Positions 54,416 to 64,000 of a stretch of 64,000 bases of DNA are shown one piece after another; position 1 is the first letter of the stretch, and each line of letters opens with the position of its first letter. Location: positions 75,560 through 139,559 of the forward strand of contig JACRJQ010000005.1 in NCBI GenBank assembly GCA_016215405.1. The letters run 5' to 3'. Origin of the DNA: Candidatus Tayloriibacteriota bacterium (lineage in GTDB: Bacteria; Patescibacteriota; Minisyncoccia; Phycocordibacterales; UBA6065). The position numbers and the translations under genes were made by a program. The notes under the pieces are model-generated. The model was not told where the DNA came from. It saw only the letters and a list, made by a program, of their open reading frames with translations, and did not search any database.

Positions 54416-56224
54416 TTATGATTTCTTTTTCGCTTTTTCTCGCTCGGTCTTCTTGAGGAATTGCTTTCGGAGGCGCACCGATTGTGGCGTTATCTCGAGG
54501 AAGTCTGATTCGTGCATGATCTCGAGGCCTCGCTCGATGGTGAGCGTGAAAGGAGGGATGAGATCGATCGCCTCGTCCTTTCCGGCAGAACGATAGTTCG
54601 ACATGACCTTGCCTTTGCATGGGTTAACGTCGAGGTCGTCGCCTTTCGACGTGTTGCCGATGAGCATGCCTTCGTAGACGGGCACGCCTGCGCCGATATA
54701 GAGGGTTCCGCGCTCCTGGAGGTTCCAGAGGGCGAATCCGACGGCGTCACCGGTCTCCATGGAGATCATCGATCCGAATTCGTGCTTCTCGATGGCGCCC
54801 ACATGAGGCCTAAATCCGACGAAGCGCGACGACAGGATGCCTTCGCCTCTGGTATCGACGACGAACTCGCCTCGGTAGCCGAGGAGCCCCCTGGTAGGTA
54901 TCTCGAAAGTGAGGCGGGTGATGCCCTCGCGCTCGACCATGTTTGTCATGATGCCCTTCCTCTGGGAGAGCTTGCGGATGACTTCGCCTGAGACTTCGTT
55001 CCTGACGTCCGCCGTGACCTCTTCGAACGGCTCGGACTTTACTCCGTCGATCTCCTTGATGATGACCTGAGGCTGGGAGACCTGGAGCTCGAAGCCCTCT
55101 CGGCGCATAGTCTCGAGGAGTATGGAGACGTGGAGCTCGCCGCGGCCGTAGACCTTGAAGGTATCGACGCCTGGGATGCTCTCGCCTGCGGCAGGAGAGA
55201 AGTCTATCCTGAGGCCCACGTTCACCTCGAGCTCCTTTTCGAGGCGCTCGCGGATCTGGCGGGTCGTGACGAACTTGCCCTCGCGACCTGCGAACGGCGA
55301 GTTATTGACGAGGAAGTTGAGCGCGATGGTGGGCTCGTCGACATTTATGGCGTGGAGAGGGACCTGATCAGGGGTCTCACAGATGGTCTCGCCGATAAAG
55401 ATATCGGAGAGGCCGGCTAGCATGACGATATCGCCTGCGCCCGCTTCAGTCGATTCGATTCGGTCGAGGCCTTCGAAGGTATAGAGCTTCGTCACCTTGC
55501 CTTGGCGCGTCTCGCCGGTCGGTTTCTTGATAAAGACGTTTTGTCCCACCTTGACCTTGCCCTCGTATATGCGGCCTACCGCGAGGCGGCCGGTATACGA
55601 GTCGTACGCGAGATTGAACGGCTGCATGCGCAGAGGGATCGCGGTGTTCGATGGAGCCGCAGGCACGAGCTCGAGCACGGCGTCGAGGAGGGGAGACAAG
55701 TCTGAGGACTCGTCGGTAAGGTTCCTTTTCGCGATGCCCTGGCGGCCGATCGCGTAGATGGTATGGAAATCGAGCTGCTCGTCCGTCGCTCCGAGCTCGA
55801 TGAAGAGCTCGAGGATCTCGTCGAGAGCCTCTTTCGGCCTGGCTGCCGGCTTGTCGATCTTGTTTATGACGACGATGGGCTTCATCCCGAGTTCAAGGGA
55901 CTTCTTCAAGACGAAACGGGTCTGTGGCATAGGACCCTCCTGCGCGTCGACGAGGAGGAGGACTGTGTCGATAGAGCGCAAGACGCGCTCGACCTCAGAG
56001 CCGAAATCGGCGTGCCCGGGAGTATCCACGATGTTTATCTTCGTCCCTTTGTAGTGGATAGAGGCGTTTTTCGCATAGATGGTGATGCCGCGCTCCTGTT
56101 CGAGGGCGTTCGTATCCATGGAAAAGCCCTCTTTGGCGACTCCTGCCTGCTTCATGATGCCGTCCATGAGGGTGGTCTTGCCGTGGTCGACGTGTGCGAT
56201 AATCGCTATATTGCGGATCTCCAT
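54416..56224 (-). CDS. typA: Translational GTPase TypA/BipA
   Basis: IRNIAIIAHVDHGKTT, ERGITI, DTPGHADF, NKID, GRGELH and EITPQSVRLRK; start at ATG 56224. Confidence 0.96.
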   Translation of the reverse strand: MEIRNIAIIAHVDHGKTTLMDGIMKQAGVAKEGFSMDTNALEQERGITIYAKNASIHYKGTKINIVDTPGHADFGSEVERVLRSIDTVLLLVDAQEGPMPQTRFVLKKSLELGMKPIVVINKIDKPAARPKEALDEILELFIELGATDEQLDFHTIYAIGRQGIAKRNLTDESSDLSPLLDAVLELVPAAPSNTAIPLRMQPFNLAYDSYTGRLAVGRIYEGKVKVGQNVFIKKPTGETRQGKVTKLYTFEGLDRIESTEAGAGDIVMLAGLSDIFIGETICETPDQVPLHAINVDEPTIALNFLVNNSPFAGREGKFVTTRQIRERLEKELEVNVGLRIDFSPAAGESIPGVDTFKVYGRGELHVSILLETMRREGFELQVSQPQVIIKEIDGVKSEPFEEVTADVRNEVSGEVIRKLSQRKGIMTNMVEREGITRLTFEIPTRGLLGYRGEFVVDTRGEGILSSRFVGFRPHVGAIEKHEFGSMISMETGDAVGFALWNLQERGTLYIGAGVPVYEGMLIGNTSKGDDLDVNPCKGKVMSNYRSAGKDEAIDLIPPFTLTIERGLEIMHESDFLEITPQSVRLRKQFLKKTEREKAKKKS

Positions 56225-56333
56225 AAGGCTGCTTAAAAAATAAAACAGAGCCGACGGCTCAGATAGGGGTATATTTAAGCAAAAAAAAGCGCGCCTGGCA
56301 AGGGCGCGCTTCGCAAGCGGGTTTTCGCTCCGT

Positions 56334-57086
56334 TTAGGCCACCGCGGCCTGTTCAGGCGCGTAGCGCTCGGTATCGAAGGACGCGTCGACATCGGGCTCC
56401 AGGCAGGCCTGGATCTTGGGGAAGATGCCTTCGGCGATGCTCTCGTCGCCGTCGACCTCGATCACGTCGCACGCCGTCTCCTTGAACATCTCCCGCAGCT
56501 GGGGAGCCGTGTTCTGGTGGAGGCGGAAGCGCTTGTGGAAGGTCGGCAGCTCTGCGTCGATGCGATTCTTGCCGTTAGGCTTGTTCTCGCAGCGATGCAT
56601 GAACCGGGCGAGGCAGGTGCTCTCGGAGGCCTCGATCATAAAGACCTTGTCCCCCTCGGCGAGATACCCTTCTCGGGCGGCGAACGCGATCTGGTTCGGC
56701 GAGCGGCAAAAGCCGTCGACGAGGACCATGTTAGGCATGCCGTTCTTGGCCATCTCGTCGATCTTCCGTTCGAAGAGGATGATCGCTTCGGGGTCGGGGA
56801 TCAGATCCCCGGCCCTGACCATCGGCCCGTAGGCGCGATTGAACTCAGGGTCGCTCTCGAGGAGGTCTTTGACGATGTCGCCAAAGGACACGATCCCGAC
56901 GCGGACGAGCCCGCGATTGATCATGACGCGCAGCCACGAGAGGAGGAGCTTCATGAGATAGCCTTTGCCCACGCACGTGGGCCCGATGAAATACACGAAA
57001 CGGGTCTCGCGGTATTTCTCGCGCGAGAACAGTTTGGACGCTAGGGGAGCCAGAGCGGCACAGAGGACGGAAACCAACTTGGTCAT
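56334..57086 (-). CDS. Nucleoside monophosphate kinase (adenylate kinase-like), divergent
   Basis: GPTCVGKG P-loop, SFGDIV, GDLIPD, LVDGFCR...Q, R.D...KRF. Confidence 0.75.
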   Translation of the reverse strand: MTKLVSVLCAALAPLASKLFSREKYRETRFVYFIGPTCVGKGYLMKLLLSWLRVMINRGLVRVGIVSFGDIVKDLLESDPEFNRAYGPMVRAGDLIPDPEAIILFERKIDEMAKNGMPNMVLVDGFCRSPNQIAFAAREGYLAEGDKVFMIEASESTCLARFMHRCENKPNGKNRIDAELPTFHKRFRLHQNTAPQLREMFKETACDVIEVDGDESIAEGIFPKIQACLEPDVDASFDTERYAPEQAAVA

Positions 57087-57196
57087 TCGGCAATGAGGGT
57101 CGAGGGTTGATGTATAGGTTTACATCCTATTCATTCTCAGAATAAGAAGGAGCAGGACTGGTGAGGAATTCTACATGAAAACCCGAGCGGGTCAAT

Positions 57197-57946
57197 TTAC
57201 CCGTGCTTTGAGAGGAGAAGGAGGAACTCTTTATTGCCCTTCTCGCCCTCGATAGGGGAGACCGCCTCGGCCTCTATCGAGAAGCCCGAGCTCTTTGCGA
57301 CGTCGCGCACTCTTTGCAGCGCGTCGTGGCGGACCTTCTCGTCCGAGATGATCCCCTTGAACCTGTCTGCGATCTCTTTGCCGACTTCGAACTGCGGCTT
57401 GACGAGGGCGACGACCCTGCCGCCGTTCTTAACGAGCTCGTATGCCTTGGGAAGGATGTGTGAGAGAGATATGAATGAGACGTCTATGACCGCTGCGTCG
57501 ACGGGTGAGGGGAGGCAAAATTTCCGTATGTCGGTGCTCTCGTGGAGTTCGATCCGTGGGTCGTCGCGAAGGGAGCTATCGAGCTGATCCGTGCCCACGT
57601 CGACGGCGATCACCTTCGCCGCTCCTTTCTTGAGGAGACAGTCGACGAACCCTCCCGTGGATGATCCTATGTCAATGACGGTCGCTCCAGCGAAGTCGAG
57701 CTTGAAGGCCTCGATGGCGAAAGAGAGCTTCTCTCCGGCTCTTGATACGAAGGTGTCGCCGCCCTCGATCGATATGTCGTCCTCAAGTCTCACTTCGAGG
57801 CTTGCTTTGAGAGCGACTTTTCCATTCACTCTCATTTTTCCTCGCTTGATGAGGTCCGCCGAAAGCGATCTGGAACGGGTAAGCCCCCTCCGATAGGCCT
57901 CGACATCGAGTCTGTTTCCGTGTTCTAGAGATGAAGGATTTTCCAT
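57197..57946 (-). CDS. tlyA: TlyA family rRNA methyltransferase
   Basis: S4 domain RLD...SRS, FVSRAGEKL, DIGSSTGGF, AVDVG, DVSFISL, LVKPQFE and GNKEFL. Confidence 0.93.
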   Translation of the reverse strand: MENPSSLEHGNRLDVEAYRRGLTRSRSLSADLIKRGKMRVNGKVALKASLEVRLEDDISIEGGDTFVSRAGEKLSFAIEAFKLDFAGATVIDIGSSTGGFVDCLLKKGAAKVIAVDVGTDQLDSSLRDDPRIELHESTDIRKFCLPSPVDAAVIDVSFISLSHILPKAYELVKNGGRVVALVKPQFEVGKEIADRFKGIISDEKVRHDALQRVRDVAKSSGFSIEAEAVSPIEGEKGNKEFLLLLSKHG

Positions 57947-58302
57947 GGGTAAACCATACCCGAAGAGTCGGTATAAAGATAGTTTTAACGTATCGAGTCA
58001 CCGGTGGCAGTGGGGGATTTGAAGAACTATCCATGGAGCTCGCGCCCCATCAAAATATGGTATTCATTTTTAAACATTTATAAACATTGATAGATAATTT
58101 ACGTAAGTTAGCCACCTAGAAAAATGGGTGTTTTCTAGGTCCAGGACCACATACCAGTAACCGCTGAAGACACAATCCTCTCTGGCCCCAGAGGTCGGGT
58201 CAACAGAGAGGGGGTATCTGGTTCAAACTTCAAATAACGAAAACTCGCGATCGCTCTTTTCCACAGGGCCTATTCCTGGGCTAGAAACTATAATTAGACG
58301 TA

Positions 58303-61300
58303 ATGAGCAGCGATCTCTATTTAGAAGGAAAAAAGTATATCTCGTCTAGACGAGCTGCGGCTGAGTATGGCTATACTCAGGACTATGTCGGCCAACTCAT
58401 ACGCGGCAAAAAAGTAGATGCAAAGATGATAGGCAGGTCGTGGTATGTCTGCGAGGAGTCTCTTGCCTCATATCAGACATCCGCGAACCTCTTTTTGAAG
58501 GAAAAAGCCGAGGCTCTCAAGGCTCAGGCCGCTACGCAAAGGGTCATCTCGGCTCAAGAGAAGCCCTCGCTCGCGTACGCTCCAGACGAGAGCCCCCTCA
58601 TGCCGCCTCTCAAGAAGGTTGGCATCGAGAAGCTTATAGACGAGCCAGTCATGTCGAGGGTCGCTTTCGGATCATGGAAGGCGGCTGATCTCTCGAAGAA
58701 GGCTGTCGCTGCGACGCTTTCGCTCTCGCTTGTCCTCGGCGCTGGCTGGTTCACCTATCCCGGTAACGCGAAGGCGGCCCTTGGAGCGATCGCGAGCGGC
58801 CTTCAGAGAGTCGATGATGCGGCAGCGATCGCTATGATCGATTTCGTCGGGCATGTCCGAAACGCTCTCGGAATCAACCTTGCGGCGGTCGAGAGTTCGA
58901 TCGAGGGTGTCGAGCGGTCTATCGATCTCGCGACAGAGGCTTCGGAGTCGATCGTCTCTTTCCATGAGTCGAGCGTCTCGAAGGTCGGCGACGCGATCGC
59001 AAGCGCCTTCGGGTCAGTAACGAAGATCTCGGATGGATTCGCTTCTCTCGCGGCTGTCGGAGCGTCACAAGATTCTTTCCTCGAAAGGATAGCTCGCGGC
59101 GTCTACGAGAGTATTCACGCGCTCTTTGGCGGAAAAAAGCAGATCGCCCGAGAATCGGCACCTGCGCCTCTCGCAGAGACAAAGACGATCGTCGCGCAGA
59201 GCGATCGCTTCGAACCCGTATTCCCTGAGGGCGTCGTACCGGCGACTTCCACCGAGCCTGACGTTTACGCACCGCAGGCAGTGACGGTCCCTGCGACAGC
59301 TGCGGCGTCGCCTGTCGTGAATAACTATTACTCGACCGAAGGCATGAGTGCGGCGGAGGTAAAGGCTCTCATCTCGGCTTCGGAGAGCGAGTTGCGCTCC
59401 GAGATAGCGGCAGCCGCGAGTTCGGCGGCGCGGGCTACCGGAAATGCGCGCAACGCGCGAGAGGATAACAGCGTGGGCGACCAGTACAGGCCGGTCATCC
59501 GCGAGGCGACCATAAAGGACGCGAAAAGCCTCTCCGTCGCAGGCGATACGACGCTCTCTGGCGGCCTTTCGGGCACATCGGCATATTTTAGCGACGGGAT
59601 AGGCATAGGCGGCAGCTTGAACGCATCCGGCGGCCTCGTCGTGTCAGGAGCGGCGACATCCTATGCGACGAATACCGCGCCATCCTTTGCGGCGACCTCC
59701 ACCGCGGCGACGTCGACCTTCGCCGGAGGCATAGCTATCGGAGACACCGGTTTCGTGTTCCAGCAGGCGACGAAGAATATCGGGATCGGTACGACCTCGC
59801 CCGATGCCACCATATCCCTCCTGCAGAGCTCGAACGGCACGACCATGATATCGGCGTACCGCGCGACCGACATCGCTCCGTCGGGGGATTTCATAAACTA
59901 TAAGTCGAACGCAGGCACGACCCTCTTCCGCGTCGACAATTCCGGCAACCTCCTCGCTGGCGGCATCATCAACACAGGGAGCCAGACCGTGACCTCCGTG
60001 TCCGGCCCTCAATTCCGCATCCAATACGACGCTTCGAACGAATTCACGACCACGGTGAGCTCGTCCGGTACGACCACTTTGGCGCTCAACGGCACGACGC
60101 CTTCCTTGGCGTTCACTCCGCAATCGAACCAGCGGAACACCTTCGATTTCACGAATGCAGCCGGAACCTCTATCCTCTCTATAGATACCCAGAACAGGCG
60201 CGTCGGCATCGGCACCACGTCTCCGTCTCGGGCGCTCGACGTCGTAGGGGTCGGAGGATTCCACGATCCGTCCGGGTCCGGCAGCTATTTCAGGATCGGC
60301 GCTGATTCGACCGGTTCATATTTCGAGGGTGATCCTACCGGCAGGCCGGTATCGTTCTGGGTAGGCGGAGCGGAGAAGGTCCGGTTCTCTACGACGAGCG
60401 TAGGCATCGGCACTACGTCTCCGTCGGCAAAGCTCTCTATAGAGCAGAATGCCGGGGAGACCGGATTCGTCGTCGGATCATCGACGCAGACGTCGTTTAT
60501 CGTAGACGCGAAGGGAAACGTCGGTGTAAACATGACCAATCCAAATCCTGGCGATTTCGGAGGAGGCGCTCTCGGAGTGAGAGGCAGGAATAATTCGACG
60601 ACAGGAAGCCTCGTCCTCGTCGGTAACAACGTCACTGGCACGAATCCGGTAGGCAGGGTTGCGTTCACCCAAGAGGTCGCAGGCGTGAATACGAACATCG
60701 CGTTCATTCAGGCGCTCCGTGCGGGGGCCGACGATGCAGGAGACCTTAATTTCATGACAAAGGCGGCAGGAGGCTCTCTCTTGGAGAGGATGCGCATAAC
60801 GTCCGTCGGAAACATTGGCATCGGTACGACCACTCCGGGAGCGAAGCTGTCGGTAAACGCCGCTCTGGGCGACACTAACACCACGCTCTTCTCGATCTCG
60901 TCATCGACATCCTCCGGAGCATCGACCACTTTCGCCGTGCTCAATAGTAATCGAGTCGGTATCGGTACGCTGACCCCGTCCCGCCCGCTGCAGATATGGA
61001 CGACCGAATCCGATTCTATACAAGTGAATCGCCAAGGTTCATTTAACATAGGCGACACCGTGGGCCTCATAGCGTTCCAGACCGGCAGCGGCAGCGGTAC
61101 AGACGCCAATGCCCAGGTACGTTCGTTCGTAAAGCAGGCTGGGTCTGAATACGTCTCCGATCTTCGTCTGAGGGCGAGGTCACTTGGGGGCGGGATGAGA
61201 GATATCCTCACTGCGGATTATACGGGCAATGTCGGAGTCGGCACGACGTCTCCTTTTGCCCAGCTCTCGGTCAATCCGGACGGGATTTCAGGACCTTCTT

Positions 61301-64000
61301 TCGCGATAGGATCTTCGACCAGGACGAACCTCATCGTGACGAATGGGGGCAACGTGGGCATCGGGACTTCGAGCCCGCTTACGCGACTCGATGTCGTAGA
61401 TAACGGTCAAGTCGTGGCTGCGTTTCGCGGTTCGAATGATCACAACACCGTTGCGATCGATAACCTCGGCGGGACGAGTTTCAAGAATCAGCTTTCGTTT
61501 AGGACTCAGAACACAGAGAAGTGGGCGATAGGAAACGATATCAATGCGAATGGCAGCGATAACTTCTATATATGGAATGCCACCGGCGGAAGGACTCCTT
61601 TCTCGATCGATGGAACAGCAAACACGATTGTGCTATCGCAGAGCGGTAGTTACAAAGTTGGCGTGTCCTCGACCACGCCATGGGCCCAGCTCTCTTTAAA
61701 TCCGAATGGAATTACTGGGCCGTCATTCGTGGTTGGAAGCTCGACCAAGACCGATTTCATCGTGACGAACGCCGGAAGGGTCGGTATCGGCACGACGACT
61801 CCGCAGAGGTCGCTTCATGTAGTGGGTAACGGCGCGATCATAGAGAGATTTGGTGCAACGCCTCTCCTTGTCCTCCGTGGCGGACCTACCAGCGCGACCG
61901 GTAAGGATTGGAAGGTTAATGTCGACCAGGCGACGAGCAATTTGAATTTTGTCTACGACAACGTAGGTGAGTCAAACAATCAGTTCGCAATGGGTATCGA
62001 TACTAACGGCAACCTTGGTATCGGTACGACTACGCCCGGAGCAAGGCTTGCCGTAACGGGAAATGCTTTAGTGAATGGAAACCTCACGGTCCAGCCTGCG
62101 GGTAACGGACCCCAGCTCAACGTCCTCGCGAACGGGTCGGGGAACGATACCGAGATAGTCATAGGAGACGGCCTCGGATCGTTCTGGAACCTCTCGCGCG
62201 AGAATAGCGTAGGGAACGTGAACCGCGGCGACCTCACGTTCGAGTCGTCTGCGGCGGGCACCGTGCTCTCCCTCGAGAATTCTGGGACGGTGGGGATCGG
62301 AACGACGACATCTGCGTCAGGGCTCACCATCGCTTCGACGACAGCGGCGAGCACGTATTTCCAAGGGCTTACGATCACGACCAATAACGCTACGAGCTGG
62401 GGAAACTACATGATCTTTGCCCGAGGCGGCACATCGAACCGCGGCCTTGTCCTCGGAGAGCAGTACGGGGGAAACCTTGACGCGCCGACCATACGGTCGG
62501 CCGGAAGCGTATCGCAGGACCTCGAGATCAGATCCGGCCGCAACCTATCCGGAAACAGCGGCGTGATCTACTTTAATACCGGCGGCGATTCGACCGCGCA
62601 GATATATCAGGGTACGACCACGATCACGACCGACCTCTCTGTTTCCGGCGAAATCGGAGTCGGCACGACTTCTCCATGGGCAAAGCTTTCGGTAAACCAA
62701 GGAGCTGGTGATGTTGCATTCGCCATCGGCTCTTCGACTCGAACGAGCTTCATCGTCGCTGCGAACGGGCATGTAGGCATCGGCACCACCACTCCGCCGA
62801 GGCCGTTCTATCTCCAGGGTACGAGCGACGGCACCATCGGAGTCCAGACCACAGCGACGAACAATTACACCGGTATCAATTTGTTCGACGTCGATAGCAA
62901 TCTAGTGGGCTCGCTCGGATACGGCAATTCCGCAGCCGGAGTCTTTGCGGACACCGTCTTTGTCGGGTCGCGTAACGCGACTGCTCCTCTCGCGTTCGTC
63001 ACAGGCGGCTCGTCCGAGAGGATGAGGATCACGCCGACAGGAAATGTGGGTATCGGTACGACATCTCCGTCGGCTCTCTTTGCTGTCGAGCAGGATACTG
63101 AGGCGAATTCATTCATGATTGGGAATACGGGTAGTACGACATGGAATGGACTAGCGTCCCCATCGCTCGTCGTTAAAGGAGTGAATGGAAACGGTAGGGT
63201 CGGAGTAGGTGTCGCGGACCCTGCGGCGAGAATGGAGATCCTCAACACCTCTCCAACGAGTGGTATAAACGAAGTGCTTCGGCTGTCGAATGGATTCACC
63301 ACAGGTGCTCTCAATGAGCCGGCGATAAGATTTGACAATAGTCTCGGTACGAATTGGTGGAGCATAAGCGCTGTGGTCGCCGGAGGCGCTCAGCATTTTC
63401 GTATAGGAAAGAGTTTGGCGGGCGATCCAAATACGTTGGAAGAATATATAAGAATAGTCGGTAGTGACGGAAATTTAGGCGTTGGGACGACGTCTCCTTG
63501 GGCGAAGCTCTCTGCCTCGAGCACCTCTTCGTATCCTGCGCTCGCGATCGAGCAGAGAGGTGCTGGCGCCGCTGCGGTATTTTTGGGAGGTAATGTCGGC
63601 ATCGGCACCACATCGCCAACGGCAAAGCTCCACGTCTACGGGTCTGGCGGAATCGAACCTATAATCCAGAGCTCGAACAGCTATTCGGGGATCACCCTCG
63701 TCGGCGGCCAGGCACAGGACGGAGCGAATGGATACGGCATCTATTCCGGCTACCCGACGGCTGGTAATTTCTCTATCGGCGAAAACGGCGTAGGCACCCG
63801 ACTCACCATCCAAAAGACGACCGGCAACGTCGGCATCGGTACGACGACACCCTCGGCGATGCTGCATGTTGCAGGTAGTGGGTCGACCTCGCTCGGGAAT
63901 GGAGATTTGAGCCTCAAGCTTACAGGTACTGCGGATAACACATATTCCGGTTTCAATATCTATAGTCCGAGCAATTCGAATCAGTTCTTTGCCTGGGCGA
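58303..64000 (+). CDS. Giant surface/fibre-like protein (at least 1899 aa, runs off the window) with N-terminal HTH and GxVGIGTTxP repeats
   Basis: Absent from the ORF track, consistent with no stop in the window. Starts MSSDLYLEGKKYISSRRAAAEYGYTQDYVGQLIRGKKV..MIGRSWYV, then a TM-like segment, then about 19 GIGT-type repeats from about 59780. Confidence 0.88.
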   Translation, partial: MSSDLYLEGKKYISSRRAAAEYGYTQDYVGQLIRGKKVDAKMIGRSWYVCEESLASYQTSANLFLKEKAEALKAQAATQRVISAQEKPSLAYAPDESPLMPPLKKVGIEKLIDEPVMSRVAFGSWKAADLSKKAVAATLSLSLVLGAGWFTYPGNAKAALGAIASGLQRVDDAAAIAMIDFVGHVRNALGINLAAVESSIEGVERSIDLATEASESIVSFHESSVSKVGDAIASAFGSVTKISDGFASLAAVGASQDSFLERIARGVYESIHALFGGKKQIARESAPAPLAETKTIVAQSDRFEPVFPEGVVPATSTEPDVYAPQAVTVPATAAASPVVNNYYSTEGMSAAEVKALISASESELRSEIAAAASSAARATGNARNAREDNSVGDQYRPVIREATIKDAKSLSVAGDTTLSGGLSGTSAYFSDGIGIGGSLNASGGLVVSGAATSYATNTAPSFAATSTAATSTFAGGIAIGDTGFVFQQATKNIGIGTTSPDATISLLQSSNGTTMISAYRATDIAPSGDFINYKSNAGTTLFRVDNSGNLLAGGIINTGSQTVTSVSGPQFRIQYDASNEFTTTVSSSGTTTLALNGTTPSLAFTPQSNQRNTFDFTNAAGTSILSIDTQNRRVGIGTTSPSRALDVVGVGGFHDPSGSGSYFRIGADSTGSYFEGDPTGRPVSFWVGGAEKVRFSTTSVGIGTTSPSAKLSIEQNAGETGFVVGSSTQTSFIVDAKGNVGVNMTNPNPGDFGGGALGVRGRNNSTTGSLVLVGNNVTGTNPVGRVAFTQEVAGVNTNIAFIQALRAGADDAGDLNFMTKAAGGSLLERMRITSVGNIGIGTTTPGAKLSVNAALGDTNTTLFSISSSTSSGASTTFAVLNSNRVGIGTLTPSRPLQIWTTESDSIQVNRQGSFNIGDTVGLIAFQTGSGSGTDANAQVRSFVKQAGSEYVSDLRLRARSLGGGMRDILTADYTGNVGVGTTSPFAQLSVNPDGISGPSFAIGSSTRTNLIVTNGGNVGIGTSSPLTRLDVVDNGQVVAAFRGSNDHNTVAIDNLGGTSFKNQLSFRTQNTEKWAIGNDINANGSDNFYIWNATGGRTPFSIDGTANTIVLSQSGSYKVGVSSTTPWAQLSLNPNGITGPSFVVGSSTKTDFIVTNAGRVGIGTTTPQRSLHVVGNGAIIERFGATPLLVLRGGPTSATGKDWKVNVDQATSNLNFVYDNVGESNNQFAMGIDTNGNLGIGTTTPGARLAVTGNALVNGNLTVQPAGNGPQLNVLANGSGNDTEIVIGDGLGSFWNLSRENSVGNVNRGDLTFESSAAGTVLSLENSGTVGIGTTTSASGLTIASTTAASTYFQGLTITTNNATSWGNYMIFARGGTSNRGLVLGEQYGGNLDAPTIRSAGSVSQDLEIRSGRNLSGNSGVIYFNTGGDSTAQIYQGTTTITTDLSVSGEIGVGTTSPWAKLSVNQGAGDVAFAIGSSTRTSFIVAANGHVGIGTTTPPRPFYLQGTSDGTIGVQTTATNNYTGINLFDVDSNLVGSLGYGNSAAGVFADTVFVGSRNATAPLAFVTGGSSERMRITPTGNVGIGTTSPSALFAVEQDTEANSFMIGNTGSTTWNGLASPSLVVKGVNGNGRVGVGVADPAARMEILNTSPTSGINEVLRLSNGFTTGALNEPAIRFDNSLGTNWWSISAVVAGGAQHFRIGKSLAGDPNTLEEYIRIVGSDGNLGVGTTSPWAKLSASSTSSYPALAIEQRGAGAAAVFLGGNVGIGTTSPTAKLHVYGSGGIEPIIQSSNSYSGITLVGGQAQDGANGYGIYSGYPTAGNFSIGENGVGTRLTIQKTTGNVGIGTTTPSAMLHVAGSGSTSLGNGDLSLKLTGTADNTYSGFNIYSPSNSNQFFAWA

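Noticed and set aside
57947-58302. Replication origin oriC
   Set aside because: Only one near-consensus DnaA box, no dnaA/dnaN nearby, and skew cannot be judged from this window.
59780-64000. Prophage tail-fibre gene
   Set aside because: No capsid, terminase, portal or integrase genes nearby; the HTH plus TM N-terminus fits a cellular surface protein.

Overview
GC-rich bacterial chromosome segment (genetic code 11). Gene content and style point to a Patescibacteria/CPR (Parcubacteria-like) genome: leaderless starts, pilin-lectin fusions and a giant HTH-headed GIGTTSP-repeat protein. This assignment is an inference. Housekeeping genes (iscS-type desulfurase, clpB, alr, rpmG, rarA, miaA, parB, topA, dprA, serS, dus, dnaX, truB, typA, tlyA) and four tRNAs (Tyr, Trp, Leu, Gln) are mixed with accessory and surface genes. 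The best candidate for an undescribed system is a minus-strand cluster at 37779-42075. It encodes an OmpR-type response regulator, an unannotated 33-aa (or 55-aa) peptide ending ...FAPWN, a multi-TM sensor histidine kinase and a translationally coupled fusion of a class II terpene cyclase-like domain with a ComQ/IPPS-like prenyltransferase domain. This resembles a ComQXPA-like prenylated-peptide signalling circuit built from different parts, with 11-bp-periodic operator-like repeats nearby. The second notable signal is that all four tRNA genes are followed by a trailer carrying an antisense copy of their own T-arm/acceptor end, and two trailers share an identical 21-nt motif. Also present: five pilin-LamG genes with near-identical 5' cassettes within each locus, two tandem candidate sRNAs, small basic peptides and a frameshifted phosphatase. 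No CRISPR array, rRNA, integrase or transposase was seen. All calls come from reading motifs by eye; no database searches were run.
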